A stretch of DNA of 64,000 nucleotides, from positions 29,204,001 to 29,268,000 of the forward strand of contig CM059432.1 of the NCBI GenBank assembly GCA_030390025.1. Direction: 5' to 3'. Positions 38,556 to 51,644 of the stretch are shown here, piece by piece (position 1 is the first letter of the stretch; every line of letters begins with the position of its first letter). The notes below the pieces were generated by a model that was given only the letters and a program-made list of their open reading frames with translations, was not told the DNA's origin and ran no database searches. A program made the translations under genes and the position numbers. Source of the stretch: Squalus acanthias (taxonomy: Eukaryota).

Positions 38556-39043
38556 TTCCTGCCTGTTTTTGTTTCTACTCACTTTCTTTCTTCTCCACTT
38601 TGAAGCTATTGCCTTTCTGATGTGTTTCCTCTGCTCACTGAGCTGTTTTCATGCCCCTTCTGGCTTTGTAATGTCTTTTCACTATTAAATAATCCAGGTA
38701 CATCAATCAGAACTCTCACCAAGAGTCCAGGAGGGTGTGTTGCCTACCTGGTGCAAGGGTAAAGGATATCTTGGAGCAACTGGAGAGGAACTTGAAAAGG
38801 GAAGGGGAAGATCCAACTGTTGTGGTCCATGTTGGGACTAATGACGTAGGGAAGAAAAGGGAAGAGGTCATGCTAAGAGAATATCAGAAGTTAGGAACTA
38901 AATTACAAAACAGGACCTCATGGGTGGCAATCTCAGGATTACTACCCAAGCCACGTGTTAATTGGCATAAGGATAGACAGATCAGGAAGGTGAATGCGCG
39001 GCTGAAAGACTGGTGTGGGAAGGAGGGGATCCATTTCAGGGGA

Positions 39044-42000
39044 ACATAAGAACATAAGAAATAGGAGCAGGAGTAGGCCATTTTGCCCTTCGAGCCCACT
39101 CCACCAATCAATAAGATCATGGCTGATCTTCTACCACAACTTCACCTTCTGCATTATCCCCATATCCCTTGATTCCCTTAATATCCAAAAATCTATCGAT
39201 CTCTGTCTTCAAAATATTCAACAACTGAGCACCCACAACCCTCTGGGGTAGAGAATTTCAAGGATTCACAACCTTCTGAGCAAAGAAACATCTCCTCATC
39301 TCAGTCCTAAATGGCTGACCCCTTATTCTGAGACTGTGACCCCAAGATCTAGACTAGCCAGCCAGGGAAACATCCTCCCGACATCTACCCTGTCAAGCCC
39401 TGTAAGAATTTTATATGTTTCAATGAGATCACCTCTCATTCATCTAAATTCTAGGGAATATAGGCCTAGTCTCCTCAGTCTCTCCTTTTTGTTCGTTCAT
39501 GGGATGTGGGCATCGCTGGCGAAGCCAGCATTTAGTGCCCATCCCTAATTGCCCTCAAGAAGGTAGTGATGAGCTGCCTTCTTGAACCGCTGCAGTCTAT
39601 GTGTTGAAGGTACTCCAAGAGTGCTGTTAGGTGCTGTATCCAGTATGCTCAGACGTTTCTTGATATCACGTGGCGTGAATTGAATTGGCTGAAGACTGGC
39701 TTCTGTGACGGTGGGGACTTCAGGAGGAGACCGAGATGGATCACCCACTCAGCACTTCTGGCTGAAGATGGTTGCAAATGCTTCAGCCTTGTCTTTTGCA
39801 CTTGCGTGCTGGGCTCTGCCATCATTGAAGATGGGGATGTTAATGGAGCCTCCTCTTCCCGTTAGTTGTTTAATTGTCCACCATCATTCATGACTGGATG
39901 GGCAGGACTGCAGAGCTTTGATCTGATCAGTTGGTTGTGGGATTGCTTAGCTCTGTCTATAGCATGCTGCTTCCACTGTTTAGCATGCATGTAGTCCTGT
40001 GTTGCAGCTTTCCCAGGTTGGCACCTAATTTTCAGGTATGCCTGGTGCTGCTCCTGGCATGCTCTTCTACACTCCTCATTGAACCATTAGCTTGATGGTA
40101 ATGATAGAGTGAGGGACATGCCAGTCAATGAAGTTACAGATTGTGCTGGAATACAATTCTGCTGCTGCTGATGGCCCACAGTGCCTCATAGATGCCCAGT
40201 TTTGAGCTGCTAGATCTGTTCTGAATCTATTCCATTTAGCACGGTGGTAGTGCCACACAACACGATGGAGGATGTCCTCAGTGTGAAGACAGGACTTCGT
40301 CTCCACAAGGACTGTGTGGTGGTCACTGCTACCAATACTGTCATGGACAAATGCATCTGCGACAGGTAGATTTGTGAGGACGAGGTCAAGTAGGTTTTTC
40401 CCTCGTGTTGGTTCTCTCAGCACATGCCGCAGGCCCAGTCTGGCAGTTATGTCCTTCAGGACTCAGCCAGCTCGGTCAGCAGTGGTGCTACCGAGCCACT
40501 CTTGGTGATGGACATTAAAGTCCCCTACCCAGAGTACATTCTGTGCCCTTTTTACCCTCCGTGCTTCTTCCAAGTGGTTTTCAACATGGAGGAGTACTGA
40601 TTCATCAGTTGAGGGAGGGCGGTAGATGGTAATCAGCAGGAGGTTTGCTTGCTCATTCTTGATCTGAAGCCATGAGATTTCATGGGATCCGGAGTCCATG
40701 TTGAGTACTCCCAGGGCCATTCCCTTCCCACTGTATACCATTGTGTCACCACCTCTGGTGGGTCTGTCCTGCCGGTGGGACAGGACATACCCAGGGATGG
40801 TGATGGAGCAGTCTGGGACATTGGCTGAAAGGTATGATTCTCTGCATATGACTATGTCAGGCTGTTGCTTGACTAGTCTGTGGGACAGCTCTCCCAATTT
40901 TGGCACGAGTCACCAGATGTTAGTGAGGAGGACTTTGCAGGGTTGACTGGGCTGGGTGTGCCTTTGTCATGTCCGAAGCCAGAGCCTAGGTCAATGCAGA
41001 GTGGTCCATCTGGGTTTATTCTTATTATTGTTTTTCATAGCGCTTTGGTACATCTGAGTGGCTTGCTAGGCCATTTCAGAGGGCAGTTCAGAGTCAACCT
41101 CATTGCTGTGGGTCTGGAGTCACATATAGGCTAGACCAGGTAAAGACGGCAGAATTCCTTCCCTAAAGGACATATCTCCTCATAGGACAATCCCCCCATC
41201 CCAGGAATCAGTCTGGTGAACCTTCGTTGCACTCCCTCTAAGGCAAGTATATCCTTCCTTAGGTAAGGAGACCCAAACTGTACACAGTACTTGAGGTGTG
41301 GTCTCACCAAGACTCTATATATTTGCAGTAAGACTTCTTTACTCTTATTCTCCAATCCTTTTGTAGTTAAAGGCTAACATACCATTTGCTTTCCTAATTG
41401 CTTGCTGTACCTGCATGTTAACTTTCAGTGATTCATGTTCAAGGTTACCCAGGTCCCTATGAATACCAACATTTCCCAATCTCTCACCATTTAAAAAATT
41501 CTGTTTTTCTATTTTTCCTACCAAAGTGGATAACCTCACGTTTCTCCACATTATATTCCATCTGCCATGTTCTTGCCCACTCACTTAACCTGTCTATATC
41601 CCTTTGCAGCCTCTTTGCATCCTCCTCACTGCTTACTTTCCCACCTAGCTTTGTATCATCAGTAAACTTGGATACATTACTCTCAGTCCTCTAATCTAAG
41701 TCATTGATATAGATTGTTTATAGCGGAGGCCCAAGCACTGATCCTTGCGGTACCTCACTAGTTACAGCCTACCAACCTGAAATGACCTGTTTATTCCTAC
41801 TCTCTGTTTTCTGTCCATTAACCAGTCCTTAATACATGCTAATATATTACCCACAATCCCATGAACCCTAATTTTGTGTAATAACCTCTTGTGTGGCATC
41901 TTATCGAATGTTTTCTGAAAATACAAATACACTACATCCACTGGTTCCCCCTTATCTACCCTGCTAGTTACAACCTCTAAAAACTTTATTAGATTTGTCA

Positions 42001-42165
42001 AACACGATTTCCCTTTCATAAATCCTTGTTGACTCTGCCCAATCATATTATGAATTTCTAAGTGCCCTGTTATCACATCCCTAATAATAGATTCTAGCAT
42101 TTTCTCTACTACTGCTGTCAGACTAACTGATCTATAGTTCCCTGTTTTCTCTCTCCCTCCTTGAA
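39044..42165 (-). mobile_element. CR1 family A, 5'-truncated, hosting LINE-B
   Basis: RT ORFs 41762-42100 and 41131-41584; (AACATAAG)n tail. Confidence 0.9.
39487..41174 (-). mobile_element. LINE-B with 5' leader, APE endonuclease and 3' end; RT deleted
   Basis: RQDRPTRGG, YRPPS, WVGDFNVHH, PTRGKNLLDLVLTN. TSD TCTCCT at 39481-39486 and 41175-41180. Confidence 0.9.
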
Positions 42166-42441
42166 TAGGGACAGTGACATCAGTACTGGGACAGGAAGGA
42201 GCTGTACTGCTGCGACAGGCTCCACCTCCAATAGCACCAGTGTCCTAACAGAAGGATAAATAGAGCTCTGGATAGGGCTTTAAACTAAGGTGGGGGTGGG
42301 TGGAGGGAGGGATCCAGTGAAAACAACATAAACTCGAAGATAAATGAAATAGGAGATGAGAGTACAGGTCACACCAAGTTAAAGAATAAGGGTAACATAA
42401 ACAGTCAGAGAACAGATACAGTTTAAGAACATAAATATAAA

Positions 42442-45401
42442 GGTAGGGATTTTCCCTACCTGGGCGGGTCCGGTGTGGGCGGTGTCCATGGCGGGTCGCG
42501 ACCCCGTTGCTGGCTCCATCCTGCTCCACAGAACTACTTTACGTTAATAGGGTCTATTAAGCCCGACCTGCATATTACCCGGCCCAATTAAATGGTGCGG
42601 GTCTGGTGACATCATGATGCGTTTTCAGCCGGGATCCTTAAAGGGGCCATGGCCACATTACATTTGAAGGTTAATATAACATAGTGCACTACAGCATTGG
42701 AGTGCTGCAAACACTGACAATCACTGCACAGAGGCAGAGGGCTGCACCCAGGTTCTCCGATGACTCCCTCCATATGCTTATTGAGGGTTTCAGAGCATGC
42801 AGGGAGGTCCTCTTCCCTTCCAATGGACAGAAGAGACCTCCCCAGGAGACCAAAACAGCCTGGTTGGAGATTGCAGAGGAGGTCACCAGCAGGGATGTGG
42901 TCAGGAGGACCTGGGTGCAGTGAGCACAAACATTTCAATTATCTCATTAAATCAGGAAACGTGAGTACAAAACCACACTCAACTTCATCCTGCTGTGCCT
43001 CTCATCACATCCCCATCACTCTGCCTTCCCAATCCTACTCCTGCACATCTTTACTCACACCAACATACCTTGCATGCCCACCCATCCCTCTCTCTTTATC
43101 TACATTATCACATCCCCATCTCACTAGCCACCACTCACACTCACCCTCATCATAGTGCAATCATACCAACTAACAACACACAAGTAGGCCACTTTGGCAC
43201 CCCACTACATCATAGTCTCCCTCTAAAGATCTAACCCATCCATTCCTTACACTCATTCTATCACTCTCACTCAACCTTCTCTTCCTTCCCTCCTTGCAGG
43301 AAAGAGAGCCCAAAATAAGAGGGAGAGGGGGGAGAACCGGCAGCGGCCCTCCATCATTTGCAAACCTTACAACAGCAGAGGAGGCTGCTTTAGAAATATC
43401 TGGAGTTGCCAAGTAGCTGGAGGTAGGAAACGGAGAGAGGAGGACATCTCAGCAACCTGGTGACAAATTACATATCATACACTCACATGGCATTCACCAG
43501 TCACTCATATGGGGACTGATGTCAGCAGCCAGTGAATGGTCATCATGTGCATAATGGTATCTGTACCCATTCTTCATATGATATATCTAACTCATCTCTT
43601 TACTCTCCCACAGGTCCATCAAGAGACCCCTCACCCCCTACTATCCAGGAGGAAGAGGAAGATGACTCCTCAGAGGAGCCTCCAGCCTCTGAGGGCGCAC
43701 CGTCACCAGACATAAACGCAGCCAGCACCAGCACAGATACGCACACCTGGGTGAGTCCCACACGAGATAGAGTAGTGTTGTCACCTGGTGTCTCACAACT
43801 CACAAGTGAGCAAGAGCAGATGATGGAGACAGGGACAGCAGTGGAGACTCCTCGCTGGAAGGCGCAGGATGCTCCCAGCTCTGCTCAACTGCATGCAGAC
43901 GCTGAGCCTCGGGGGCCATCCAGAAAGAGGGCGATCCTGGAGGTACAGGAGGAAGTGCAGGGGGCTCTGACAGGTTTTGCGAGCACGATGTCTGCAAATG
44001 TTCAGAGAATGGAGGAGTCCATCTCCAACATGACCACCACCGTGTCGCAGGCGATGGCGACTGTAGGCTCCTCCATGGATAGGACAGCCACCTACATGGA
44101 GCAGCTAATGCGCCACTCGCAGGAGCACATGGTCTCTATGGAGGATAGATGGCAGAGGCTCATAGACCTCCTTTCTAGGAGGGATGTCAACGTAGACGTT
44201 GGTCCTCATGGCCCCACTGCTGTACAGCAAGGTGCTCTCTAGCTCCTTGGTAGCAGGGAAGTGAGCAGGCTGCCTCTACCTCTGCTGAAGCCACAGGGCT
44301 AGCACCTCGTAGAAGTACGCAGAAGAGAAGGATGACACACAGGCAGATTCACAAGGGTAGCCACTTGGGTGTTTTATCCAATGTTTATGTAAAGTTTCCG
44401 TTAATGTGCTGTCAAACATAAAAATCTTTATTTTCACCTCTTTCCCGTCTTGGACACGTTTGTGTGCACCTTTGGAAGTGGCTTAGTGAGTTGCAGTGAA
44501 TGGTGAGACATAACGGTATCTCCAGCAATGGTGGTGAGTGTGAAAGGAATGGCTTGGTCATTGTAGGGATGCTTTATGGTGTTGCTGTGGGGTGGTGCCA
44601 ACCTGGCGCATCATGTGGCAGCCATATGGGTGTGCAGCATCAAGTTAAGTAAATCTGGCCATGATGAGCCCATCCCTGGCCTCCCGGGCAGCAGTGTGCT
44701 CAGGTGCTGATGCCCTCTGTCCTGTGCAGCATCAGGTGATTGCGGAGAGGGTTGGTGGTGCTGTTGTTGGTGCTGCTGATGTGCCTGGTGCTGCTGGTGT
44801 TGGGGGTCATCGTGGCCTGATTCTGAGGACCAAGGTGAGACAGTATAAACGGCACCCATGTTGATGGAATAGATGGCAGGTGAAGTAGAGATGACAGAAG
44901 CAATCTGTCAATGGTGAGCGAGGTTCTTCCAATGAGGTGACACTGGATGGAGACTTTGCTGGAAAGACTTGCAGCCTGCAGAATCTGTGTTGGGAATGCA
45001 GTGAGCAAAAGCTTCTGCCTGAGGAAAGTGTTCAGCTGTCAGGTGGGAGCTTTTATAATACATTTCATGCTGTCAACTAATCAGCTGGAGCAATGGCAAT
45101 TCAACTCCTGGCTCAGGTTGACAGACGTGGTTCCCAAGCAGTGTGGTTCCTGTAGCCATCCAGGAAAATTTAAAATGTAGGGGGAAAAAGGCGCTTAACT
45201 GTCTGAAAATAAGGTTATAATGATTTCAATTAGGTCGTCCGCCTCTGCCGGTCGGGTCGCTGCCGCACCGGCAAATGCGCCCAAGGGAAAGGAACGTGGA
45301 GTTGGGATGACAGCGAGTTCCCGACCCACTCCCAAAAATATCAACTTTCCCACCCAGCCCGCCTCCGATAGCGTCCACAACCACCCCGGAAAATTCCAGC
45401 C
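42442..45401 (+). mobile_element. Non-autonomous Harbinger carrying a Myb/SANT-like gene
   Basis: Imperfect TIR GGTAGGGATTTTCC / GGAAAATTCCAGCC (11/14), TSD AAA/AAA. Confidence 0.85.
42720..44242 (+). pseudogene. Harbinger Myb/SANT-like (NAIF1-related) gene, 3 exons: about 42720-42960, 43300-43459, 43614-44242
   Basis: RAAPRFSDDSL...AWLEIAEEVTS...RTWVQ and KRERGRTGSGPP. GT-AG sites with pyrimidine tracts. Stops and frameshifts in exons 1-2. Confidence 0.8.
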
Positions 45402-45914
45402 AAAGTGACTGTTAAAAATAAATTGAGTGAAACAACTAATAAAAAACAAATTAAATTGCCTGTACAGCAATGTACACAGCATCCAAAACAGCACGGGGGA
45501 ACTGAAGGTAATCATTTGTAGTGAGAATCCAGATGTAGTGGGGATAACTGAAACATGACTTAATAAAGAAAAGGACTGGCAGTTAAATATTGCAGGATAT
45601 AATGCATTTAGAAAATATAGGGAAGGAACATAAGAATTAGGAGCAGGAGTAGGTCATACGGCCCCTCGAGCCTGCTCCGCCATTCAATAAGATCATGACT
45701 GATCTACGACCTTAACACCACTTTCCTGCCCTATCCCCATATCCCTTGATTCCCCATGAGTCCATAAATCTATCTATCTCAACCTTGAATATACTCAACG
45801 ACTGAGCATCCACAGCCCTTTGGGGCAGAGAATTCCAAAGATTCACAACCCTCTGAGTGAAGAGGTTCCTCCTCATCTCAGTTTTAAAAGGCTGACTCCT
45901 TATCCTGAGACTAT

Positions 45915-46600
45915 GGGCTGGATTTTCATTGACCCGTGGAGGCGGGTTTGGAGGCGTGTGGGGGGTTAAAATTGCGAAAACTGGCAGGCGGGCACAAGTC
46001 TGCCTCCACGCAATTTTCATTAAATCGTGTCTGCTGGTCCCGACTCCGTCCCGCCTTTAAGAGGCGGGATAGGCTGTTAAGGCCCTTAACAAGCACTAAA
46101 TTGGCTCTATAATGCCATTTTGAAAGGCCTTTGTGATTTTAACACTTGTTCTATGTGAAGCATGCCTGTTCTGAACCACGATTGTGAAACCTGGCGGGAG
46201 CACATTTGGCTGGCTGGCTGGCTGCCTGGCTGGCTGGATGCATATATGGATGGCTATGTGGATGGATGTATATGTGGATGGATAGAGAGGAGACATATCT
46301 GGGAGTGGTGGTGTAAAAATATCTGGGAGCAGACTTAGGGCTGCTGCTCATTTTGCAGGTCCTCTCACAGCAAAGGCCAGGCAGTCTTTGAAGATCTTCA
46401 ACGCAGCAGCAATGATGACATCATCAAAGGCGACTTTCAGACTGAAAACACTAATTGGTTCATGGGTTCCCACATGCTGGAATTCAATTGCCCAATTAGG
46501 TGAAAATTGCATCAATCTCCCACATCCAATTGCAATCGGGTGGATAACACGAAAAGTGGATGACACGACCCCAACCCGCCCCAGTATCAAAATCCAGCCC
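45915..46600. mobile_element. Harbinger-type MITE
   Basis: TIR GGGCTGGATTTT / AAAATCCAGCCC; flanks TAT/TAA. Confidence 0.85.
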
Positions 46601-46840
46601 TAAGCCCCCTAGTTCTGGACTCTCCAGCCATGGGAAACAATCTCTCAGGATTTATTCTGTCAATTCCCCTCAGAATCTTATATGTTTCAATGAGATCTCC
46701 TCTCATTCTTCTAAATTCCAAAGAGTATAGGCCTAATCTACTCAATCTCTCCTCATAGGACAACCCTCTCATCCCAAGGATTAGTCGAGTGAACCTTTGT
46801 TGAACTGACTCTAAGGCAAGTATATCCTTCCTTAGATAAG

Positions 46841-47058
46841 AAAAGAAAGACTTACATTTATATAGCGCCTTTCACGACCACCGGACATCTCAAAGCGCTT
46901 TACAGCCAATGAAGTACTTTTGGAGTGTAGTCACTGTTGTAATGTGGGAAACGTGGCAGCCAATTTGCACACAGCAAGCTCCCACAAACAGCAATGTGAT
47001 AATGACCAGATAAACTGTTTTGGTTATGTTGATTGAGGGATAAATATTGGAGGATAAT
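46841..47058 (-). mobile_element. DeuSINE 3' part
   Basis: GAAAGACTTACATTTATATAGCGCC tail and Deu body. Confidence 0.8.
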
Positions 47059-47293
47059 TAAGGAGACCAAAACTGTGCACAGTACTCCAGGTGTGGCCTC
47101 ACCAAGGCCCTGTACAATTGTAGCAAGACTTCCTTACTTTTGTACTCTAACCCCCTAGTAATAAAGGCCAACATGCCATTTGCCTTCCTAATTGCTTGCT
47201 GTACTGCATGCTAACTCTGTGTTTCTTGTACAAGGACACCTAAATCTCTCTGAACCCCAACGTTTAATAATTTCTCATCATTTAAAAAATATT

Positions 47294-48058
47294 GTGCCAG
47301 AAATTCGGCTTTCCGGCTTCCTGCAGGTGCAAGCATCGTGCGCGTACTTGCCTACCGTGCCTGCCGTTGTGCTTTGGGCCCATGAGGACTTCGGGTCCTG
47401 GGCCTCCTCCAGCTGCCGGCGCGCAGTGCTTGCATATCCCAGGGGCGCAGTTCGTTCAAAGCGTCCCCTGGGATCACGTGGGCCATGGAGAGCCAATCCT
47501 AGCAGGGCAATTTCATTCATAGATTTGACAGGAAAACCTGTCAAATCTATGAATAGAGATCAGCCCCAAAACCACACTTAAACTTCAAATATTTTTTTTT
47601 AAAAACATCACATTTTTAAAATAACTATAAGTTACATAAATTAACTACCTTAAACAAAAATGTAAATTTTTGAAAAAATTAATTATACTTTTTAACGGTG
47701 CTCAAATTAAACTTACCTTTCTTTAAAGTATCTAAAAAAGATAAACCTGTTGGAAAAAATATTTAAATTGTAATTAATTAACCACTTACCTTGTTAAAAA
47801 CAGGCCTTGCGCCTCCTTTTTAAAAGTGCAGCTTCTCCATACTTACCCTCCTGGAGAAACCTGAAAAAAACCCCGAAGTTCGCTGTGTGCGCGCAGCCTC
47901 TCCCGCGCACGCGTTCGACTTCTGAACCCTTCCTTCAGGGGAACGGAAATTCCGGTTTCCCGCGCATGCGCAGTGCATGCAGGAAGCCGACACTTCAGGT
48001 GGCCTTATGGGTGAGTACACAGCGCGTACTCACCCGACAAGAGCCGAATTTCTGGCCC
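47294..48058. mobile_element. Harbinger-type MITE
   Basis: 17-bp TIR G(T/G)GCCAGAAATTCGGCT with 1 mismatch, TSD ATT/ATT. Confidence 0.9.
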
Positions 48059-48623
48059 ATTCTGTTTTTCTATTCTTCCTACCAAAGTGAATAACCTCAC
48101 ATTTCCTCACATTATACTCCATCTGCTACCTTATTGCCCTGTCTATATCCCTTTGCAGACTCTTTGTGTTCTCCTCACAACTTACTTTCCCACCTAGCTT
48201 TGTATCATCAGCAAACTTGGATACATTACACTCGGTCCCTTCATCTAGATCATAAATATAGATTGTAAATAGCTGAGGCCCCAGCACTGATCCTTGCGGC
48301 ACCCCACTAGTTACAGCCTGCAAATCTGAAAATGATCTGTTTATCCCAACTCTCTGCTTTCTGTCCATTATCCAATCCTCTATCCATGCTAATACATTAC
48401 CTCCAATCCCATGAGCCCTTATCTTGTGTAACAACCTTTTATGTGCCACCTTATCGAATGCCTTTTGGAAATCCAAATATACTACATCCACTGGTTCCCC
48501 TTTATCTACCCTGCTAGTTAAATCCTCAAAAAACTCTAATAAATTTGTTAAACATGGTTTTCCGTTCATAAAACTATGTTGACTCTGCCTAAGCATGTTA
48601 CGATTTTCTAAGTGCCCTGTTAC

Positions 48624-49033
48624 ATAAACATAGAATCTAGGAGCTGGAGTAGGCCATTCGAGCCTGCTCCACCATTCAATACGATCATGGCTGATCATCC
48701 AAATCCAGTACCCTGTCCCTGCTTTAATCCCCACAGTACACATATCCCACCCTACCCCCGTAACCCCACGTATTTAATTCCCCCTAACATATCCCATCCT
48801 ATCCCCATAACCCCACATATTTAATACCCCCCTAACACTAAGGGTCAATTTATCATAGCCAAATCAACCTAACCCGCACATTTTTGGACTGTGGGAGGAA
48901 ACCGGAGCACCCGGAGGAAACCCACGCAGACACGGGAAGAATGTGCAAACTCCACACAGACAGTCACCCGAGGTCAGATTCGAACCCGGGTCCCTGGCGC
49001 TGTGAGGCACCAGTGCTAACCACTATGCCACCG
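48624..49033 (-). mobile_element. V-SINE fused to a CR1 3' end
   Basis: V-SINE 48726-49033 plus CR1 tail 48624-48725, within a single TSD TGTTAC. Confidence 0.85.
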
Positions 49034-50220
49034 TGTTACCACTTCCTTAATAATGGATTCCAGCATTTTCCCAATGCTTGCTTTTGCTACTCTCTTCCTT
49101 TTTACATACTTGTGGAAGCTCTTACAATCTGTTCTTATATTTCTTGCTAATTTACTCTTATGTTCCATTTTCTCCCTTTTTATCAATTTTTTTGTCATCC
49201 TTTGCTGGTTTCTAAAGCTATCATAATCATCAGGCTTACTACTAATCTTTGCAACATTATAATCCTCTTCTTTTAATCTAATACTATCGTTAACTTCTTT
49301 AGTTAGCCACGGTTGGACTTTTCCCATGGATTTTTTATTTCTCAATGGAATGTATATTCGTTGAGAATATTGGAGTATTTCTTTAAATGTTTTCCACTGC
49401 TTATCTACCATCATACCTTTTAATCTAGTTCCCAATCTATTTTAGCCATCTCACCCCTCATACCTACGTAATTGGCTTTATTTAAGTTTTAAGAGTTTAG
49501 TTTCAGACTTAAGAATAGCACTCTCAAACTTAATGTGGAATTCTATCATATTATGATCACTCTTTCGTAGAGGATCCTTTACTATGGGATTACTAATTAA
49601 CCCTGTCTCATTACACAAAACTAGATCTAAAATAGCCCGTTCCCTGGTTGGTTCCATGACGTATTGTTCTAGGAAACTGTCTCGAATGCATTCTATGAAC
49701 TCGTCCTCCAGACTACCTTTGCCAATTTGATTTGCCCAATCTATATGAAGATTAAAGTCCCCCATGATTATTGCATTACCTTTGTTACAAACTCCTATTA
49801 TTTTTCAATTAATACTCTGTCCTACAGTATAGCTACTGTTAGGGGACCTATAAAGTACTCCCACCACTGTTTTCTGTCCCTTGTTATTTCTTATCTCCAC
49901 TCATACTGATTCTACTTCCTGATCTTCTGAGCCAAGATCCTTTCTCGCTACTGTCCTTACGTCATCCTTAATTATCAGGGCCACCCCACCTCCTGTTCTA
50001 GTCTGCCTGTCTTTTTGAAACGTCAAGTACCCTGGAATATTTAATTCCCAACCTTGGTCACCTTGCGACCATGTCTCTGTTATGGCTATTATATCAAAGC
50101 CATTTATCTCTATTTGTGCCACTAATTCATCTATCTTATTATGGATGCTTCGTGCATTCAGATAAAGGGCCTTTAATTTGACCTTTTTACCAGTATTCCC
50201 TGCTTTAACTTTATTCGCTG

Positions 50221-51243
50221 TGTAGGTAGGTAAACCTGCACCTTTCCTCTTATACACTAATTCCAGAATCCGACCTGAACCCATCCGGATGGGGTAAAAT
50301 GGTCAAGGTTCACAACTCAGTACAACTCAGTATTCTTTTAACTGTTATTGTGCTACGGATAACATACAAACGTCAATGCACTGTTCCCTTTAACTTCAAA
50401 CAGTACTCACATACACTGTTCCCTTTAACTCTCTTTAATTTCAAACACCACTCACCCTGGCGATCACTCAGAGGAGTATGTTTCAATCTGTATGGGTGAT
50501 CAAATTCGTCCACAGTTCCCTTGCAAATTGCCAAAGTTTGTCCCTAAACGCACCCTTTTTATAATACAAAGATCATACCCGCGACCATTGATTGATGCAC
50601 AACCCCCCCCCCCCTTTTATTGTACCATCCTAAGCTTGTCTGTTTCTGCAAATCCACAGAGTACTTGATTTGATCACTTCTCCAACCTGGGTCAGTGAAT
50701 AGTCCATTATCACACAAAGGTGTTTTGATGGGGAAAAATTCAGGCTTATCAGCATTCTGAAAGGTTGGCAAATGGGTTTTACTCCAGCAACAATTTTGAT
50801 ATTAACACCTCCAACGGATGAGGGAACTGATCTAGACTTGGTTGAACCATGGTCGTTACCTGTCGTGTTGATTTGTAAGTCTTGTTAACAGCCTGACCAC
50901 AGGAGTTCAATAGACAGGACAGTCAGTTAAATTTAAACAAACACATGTCATTGTGTGGCCTGATTATTCCAGCTGCTTCCTTGGTTAGCATATTCATGAA
51001 GTCAATCAATCGTGTCTGTGTCTCTGTATGAATAATTTCCTCCTGCATTCCGTTCAGCTCACAGCTTGTTTTAAAAGTTCATTTAAAAGTCCCGTTGGTT
51101 CCTCGAGGCATGCTGGGATACGAAGCTTGGTCAATTTCTTATAATTGGTCAATTTACAAAACTGCCTGTACAGTACAGCCGCTTAACCCTTTAATGACGG
51201 TTTACTTTAAGTTAAGTGCATTCTTGCTGCAGGACTGTCTACA
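50221..51243 (-). mobile_element. Solo LTR, 1023 bp
   Basis: TGTAG...CTACA termini, 4-bp flanks GCTG/GGTG, CR1 sequence continuous across it. TATAAAA on the minus strand near 50560. Confidence 0.75.
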
Positions 51244-51644
51244 GGTGATGCACTATTACCTTTAAACTATCTGTCCCTTCCTGTCCCACAGTGCTTATTT
51301 TTACACAATTCACTGCACTGCTCTATTTCCTTGACTTTTCTCTTTAGATTACTAAATTTCCCCTCACCTGCTCCCTCCCCCCCACCAAGGAAGAAGGGGA
51401 TGGGGTAGCTAATCAGAAATAACAATGACAGTAGAAAAAAGGATCATAACTAGCATTAAGATAGAAACAGAATCCACATGGATTAAGACAAAGGATAAGA
51501 AGGGATCGATCACATTCATGGGGTAATCTACCACCTAATAGTGGAAGGGAAGTGGAGAGAAGAAATATGTGGGCAAATCTATGAAATAAGTCATAGACAT
51601 AGAATAATAATCATGAAAGATTTCAACTACCTCCAAATAAGAAG

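Larger units (their letters stand above)
45629..51386 (-). mobile_element. CR1 family A, most of ORF2, hosting five insertions
   Basis: LKALYLNARSI, GDFN and RT motifs. TSD AAGGAA at 45623-45628 and 51387-51392. Confidence 0.92.
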
